From positions 1,685,674 through 1,749,673 of the forward strand of contig MU057651.1 in NCBI GenBank assembly GCA_013265495.1: a stretch of DNA of 64,000 nt. Direction: 5' to 3'. Both the position numbers and the translations under genes were made by a program. This document shows, piece by piece, positions 61,016-64,000 of this stretch. Positions within the stretch are counted from its first letter, which is position 1, and every line of letters begins with the position of its first letter. This DNA is from Vicugna vicugna. Taxonomy: Eukaryota. The notes under the pieces were generated by a model. The model ran no database searches, was not told where the DNA came from, and saw nothing but the letters and a program-made list of their open reading frames with translations.

Positions 61016-62009
61016 CCATTACGTTATTTTTAAGATCCACTTCAACCCTAAAACTCTGTAAATCAGTGAACAGAGAAAGATAGTGTTGCCATTTTATAAA
61101 ATCACGCTTCCCTTCCCGCATAAGTGGAGTCTTTACAAAGTAACTCTTGATTACAAGATGCATAAATATTCATTGTTGAAGACCACAAATTTCAAGAAGA
61201 GTTTTAAATAAATATAAATCTTTTAAGTAGGTTGAAAATGCATATACTGTAACTTATTTTTGGAGGGGGGTTGAAGTATTTCACTTTTTTACTTTTTATG
61301 TTTTTGATACCTTTATTGTGATATGGTTCCCACAGAGTAAATACACTATAACTTTTTTATAAATTTGAATGGAAAAAAAATCACTTTGACAAATAGTATG
61401 TTGAATGTCGAGGCTCTTTCATAAAAGACAACCTGTCACTCAAGTGTATGCAGCAAAATAATGTTTTCTGGTTTAATATTAGTATTTTTAGTGAATTATA
61501 TGTATTCTGTATGTGTTATTTTGTGACACATTTTTTTCGTCCAGTATGCAGTATTGCCCATCATTACATATTTAGTGTTATAATCCCCCTTCATTTTTTT
61601 TTTTTGATTCACACGGGAAGCTCTTGTTTTGGGTCATATTCCGTCTCCCTCAATTTTATTGAGCTAATTCCACGTTTGTGTGTGGACTTTTTTTTTTCCT
61701 ACAGGATGCAGGAGGCCACCTTGTTTGCTATATTGGATGGATTTCGGTTTCTTTTCTCACGAATAACAGCCCTTGGGGTGGAGCTAAACTGATCAAATAT
61801 GGTTCATATTTGCTTCCCACAGAAAGGCTGTTCAGATCTGTTCTCGCAGCAGCGCTGCCGAGAAAGCCGGTTCCTTAAGCACACAGTCACGTGGGTATTA
61901 ACGCTGGGTTTAATCCTTACCGATAATCTGAAAGTTTTATCTTGCAGATACATTTTCTTACATGCCAATTTTTGATTTTACATTAACCTCCCTTGACTAT
62001 TTTGTAGTT

Positions 62010-62134
62010 ATTTTTATTTTTTGGCTGAAGGAATTAATTAGTTTTTTTTTTTTCAGAGGAAGGACTGGGGATTGAACCCAGGACCTTGTGCACTCTAAGC
62101 ATGCGCTCTACCCCTTGAGCTATACCCTCCCCTC
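62010..62134 (-). mobile_element. Vic-1-like SINE with TSD
   Basis: SINE body; TTTTGTAGTT at 62000-62009 and 62135-62144. Confidence 0.87.
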
Positions 62135-62864
62135 TTTTGTAGTTTTTTTTTTTTTTTAATGAACTGTGTGCTCAGGCATGCTGTTTGCCCAGTTTTCTTT
62201 TGGAATATTCATTTTTTAAAAAATTGGCTTGAAGGCACTACATTTATACTGCTTTGCTTTAAAATCTTCAAGAATATTGGGGTGAACTAAGGAAGGGGTC
62301 GCTCACATTCTGGGATGCATGCTAAGTGTTTGACCTTTTAAGTTATTCCTCCGACGGCGTGAATGTTTTAACAATTGAAGCCACCTGACCAAAAAAAACC
62401 CCCCAAAACCCCAAAACCCCTCCAGAAAACCCCAATCTTTGTACATTTTCCCAAGCAATCTAATGGTCAGTGTAAATGGGAGTGAAGAATTATGAATGTA
62501 ACAAGTGTCCCTGATTATAGTTGCACTCGTAAGTCAAAGAAGACAGTTCGTAACAGTTTGGTCCAGTGTTTCAGTTTTGCCTGTTAAATTATTCCTGTCA
62601 ATGCTTGTATGCGTTTAGCCAGGAATGTTTGACTGGCGGTTGATTCAAGACATGAACTATCTTACCCCTTTATTTCTCCCATTTCTGTCCAGCGAACGTA
62701 CATGGGAAGGTGGGGAAAATTAATTTTTCTTAATACAAGAAGCACCTTTTCCCACAGACCCATTGAGGCTGCATGATGACTGTTCACCACAGCTGGAGGT
62801 CAACCTGATACCTGTTCTGGTAGTTTAAAAAGTGTAGTAATAATAATCCTTATGGCCACAAGGG

Positions 62865-62970
62865 GAAATATTGCAGGTCTGTTTTACACCTGAGGGAAAT
62901 GACACTCAGAGAGGTTAGGTAAGTTTCCAGAAGTCACACAGCACGTTGGAGGCTGAGACTGGATTCCAAC
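62865..62970 (-). mobile_element. MIR fragment
   Basis: TTTTACACCTGAGGGAAATGACACTCAGAGAGGTTAGGTAAGTTTCCAGAAGTCACACAGC. Confidence 0.6.
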
Positions 62971-63719
62971 CGGGGTGTATGCGGATTAAAAGATCGGACT
63001 GTCCCCAGCCTGAGGGTCCACCCTGAGTGAGGCCGGAGGGCACAGGCGGGGCGTTCTCTGAGTCCCCTCGCACTCCTTCATCACCAGGCAAACTTACTAA
63101 GTCGGATCCAGCATCCAGACAGCCATGCCCTCTTTGCACTTTGTAGCACCTGCTGCAGGGACGGAAGCCTCTGTTCCATGAGCAGGTGTCTGCAGCCACC
63201 GCCTGCCTGAAGTGTTTGCGAAGGCGCGTAGCTCCTTGTGAATGTCAGAAGATGCAACCTGGAGACCCGTCTGAGGGGTCTGGCTTCTGGGACAAGACGT
63301 GGCTGGAGGCAGGGTGGGCACATCAGCCAGGGGACCGGCTGGTGACCTTTTAAGTCCTCTAGAATCTAAACAGCCGGGTGTTCTGTTCTGGCCGAGAGCA
63401 GCCCGAGCCCCAAGCCCAAGGCCAGGAGGGCATCAGGCATTTATCTCCGTGATCATTTTGGAAATCTCGGGGTTTGGCACCAGCAACATCTGGGTTCTTT
63501 TAGCTTGAGTTAGACAGTTCCCATAATTAACCCAGCAAATGTGCACACGTTACGCCATGAATGAGTGTTATCCAGCCTTCTGATCTCATAAAATTATCGG
63601 GAAGGGGGTATGCTTACATCCATATCTGCATTTGTATGAGAAGGGGTCAAATTTCGCGTAATAATGTACCTTTTCTGGCGCTAAAATCTCTCTATATGCT
63701 GATGTAATAATTGCTTCGA

Positions 63720-64000
63720 GGGAAGGATAAATTGGGAGTTTAGGAATTACTATATATAAAATAGACAAACAACAAGGTCCTGCTGTGCAGCACAGGGAAC
63801 TACACTTAATATCTTGTAGTAACTTACAATGGAAAAGAATCTGGAAACAATATCTGTATACTTATAACACACATTGTATATAATATGTATTCTGTATAAA
63901 ATGTATGCATATAAAGCTGTGTATGTGTGTATATGTATGTCTAAAGCTGAATCTCCTTGCTGCAGACCTGAAACATTGTAAATCAACTATACGTCAGTAA
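63720..64000 (+). mobile_element. LINE-1 3'UTR fragment
   Basis: GGATAAATTGGGAGTTT...AACAACAAGGTCCTGCTGTGCAGCACAGGGAAC...GTAAATCAACTATAC. Confidence 0.85.

Noticed and set aside
1545..62134. tRNA-like A-box and B-box sequences (TAGCTCAGTGGTAGAG, GGTTCAATCCC)
   Set aside because: They carry SINE 3' bodies, A-tails and TSDs and are diverged, so they are retroposed SINEs rather than tRNA genes
54579..64000. The next ABCA13 exon (start of the second half, ...DLLLPVLFVALAM...)
   Set aside because: No matching peptide was found in any frame that I could read; it probably lies beyond the window
1..64000. CRISPR arrays, operons or other prokaryotic systems
   Set aside because: The sequence is mammalian intron-exon DNA, and no repeat-spacer arrays were seen

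Overview
This is mammalian genomic DNA, most likely camelid (alpaca, llama or camel). That inference rests on 13 copies of a tRNA-derived SINE matching the camelid Vic-1 type (GGGGAGGGTRTAGCTCAGTGGTAGAG...CCTGGGTTCAATCCCCAG). The whole window lies inside a single plus-strand gene, ABCA13. I assembled 19 consecutive coding exons (2125-54578), all GT-AG and phase-compatible, totalling 3205 nt (1068 codons + 1 nt) with no stop. They encode the end of extracellular domain 1, the rest of TMD1, a complete NBD1 (Walker [11 protein letters not shown]-loop CPQ, signature LSGGLKRKL, Walker [13 protein letters not shown]-loop TTHHLDEAE) and the R1 regulatory region. The introns hold SINEs, LINE-1 3' fragments, MaLR/ERVL LTRs, MIRs and long microsatellites. 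I found no new gene or biological system. The most notable observations are: (1) a SINE inserted 12 nt from a splice acceptor that appears to supply its branch point and pyrimidine tract; (2) a patchy GC shift with substitutions at normally conserved ABCA residues; (3) an L1 carrying a probable 3' transduction nested in an older L1; (4) a twin-priming L1 inversion with TSD; (5) a SINE pair flanked by one TSD. Comparisons with human ABCA13 and repeat family names come from recall and need alignment or RepeatMasker confirmation. Repeat boundaries are approximate.
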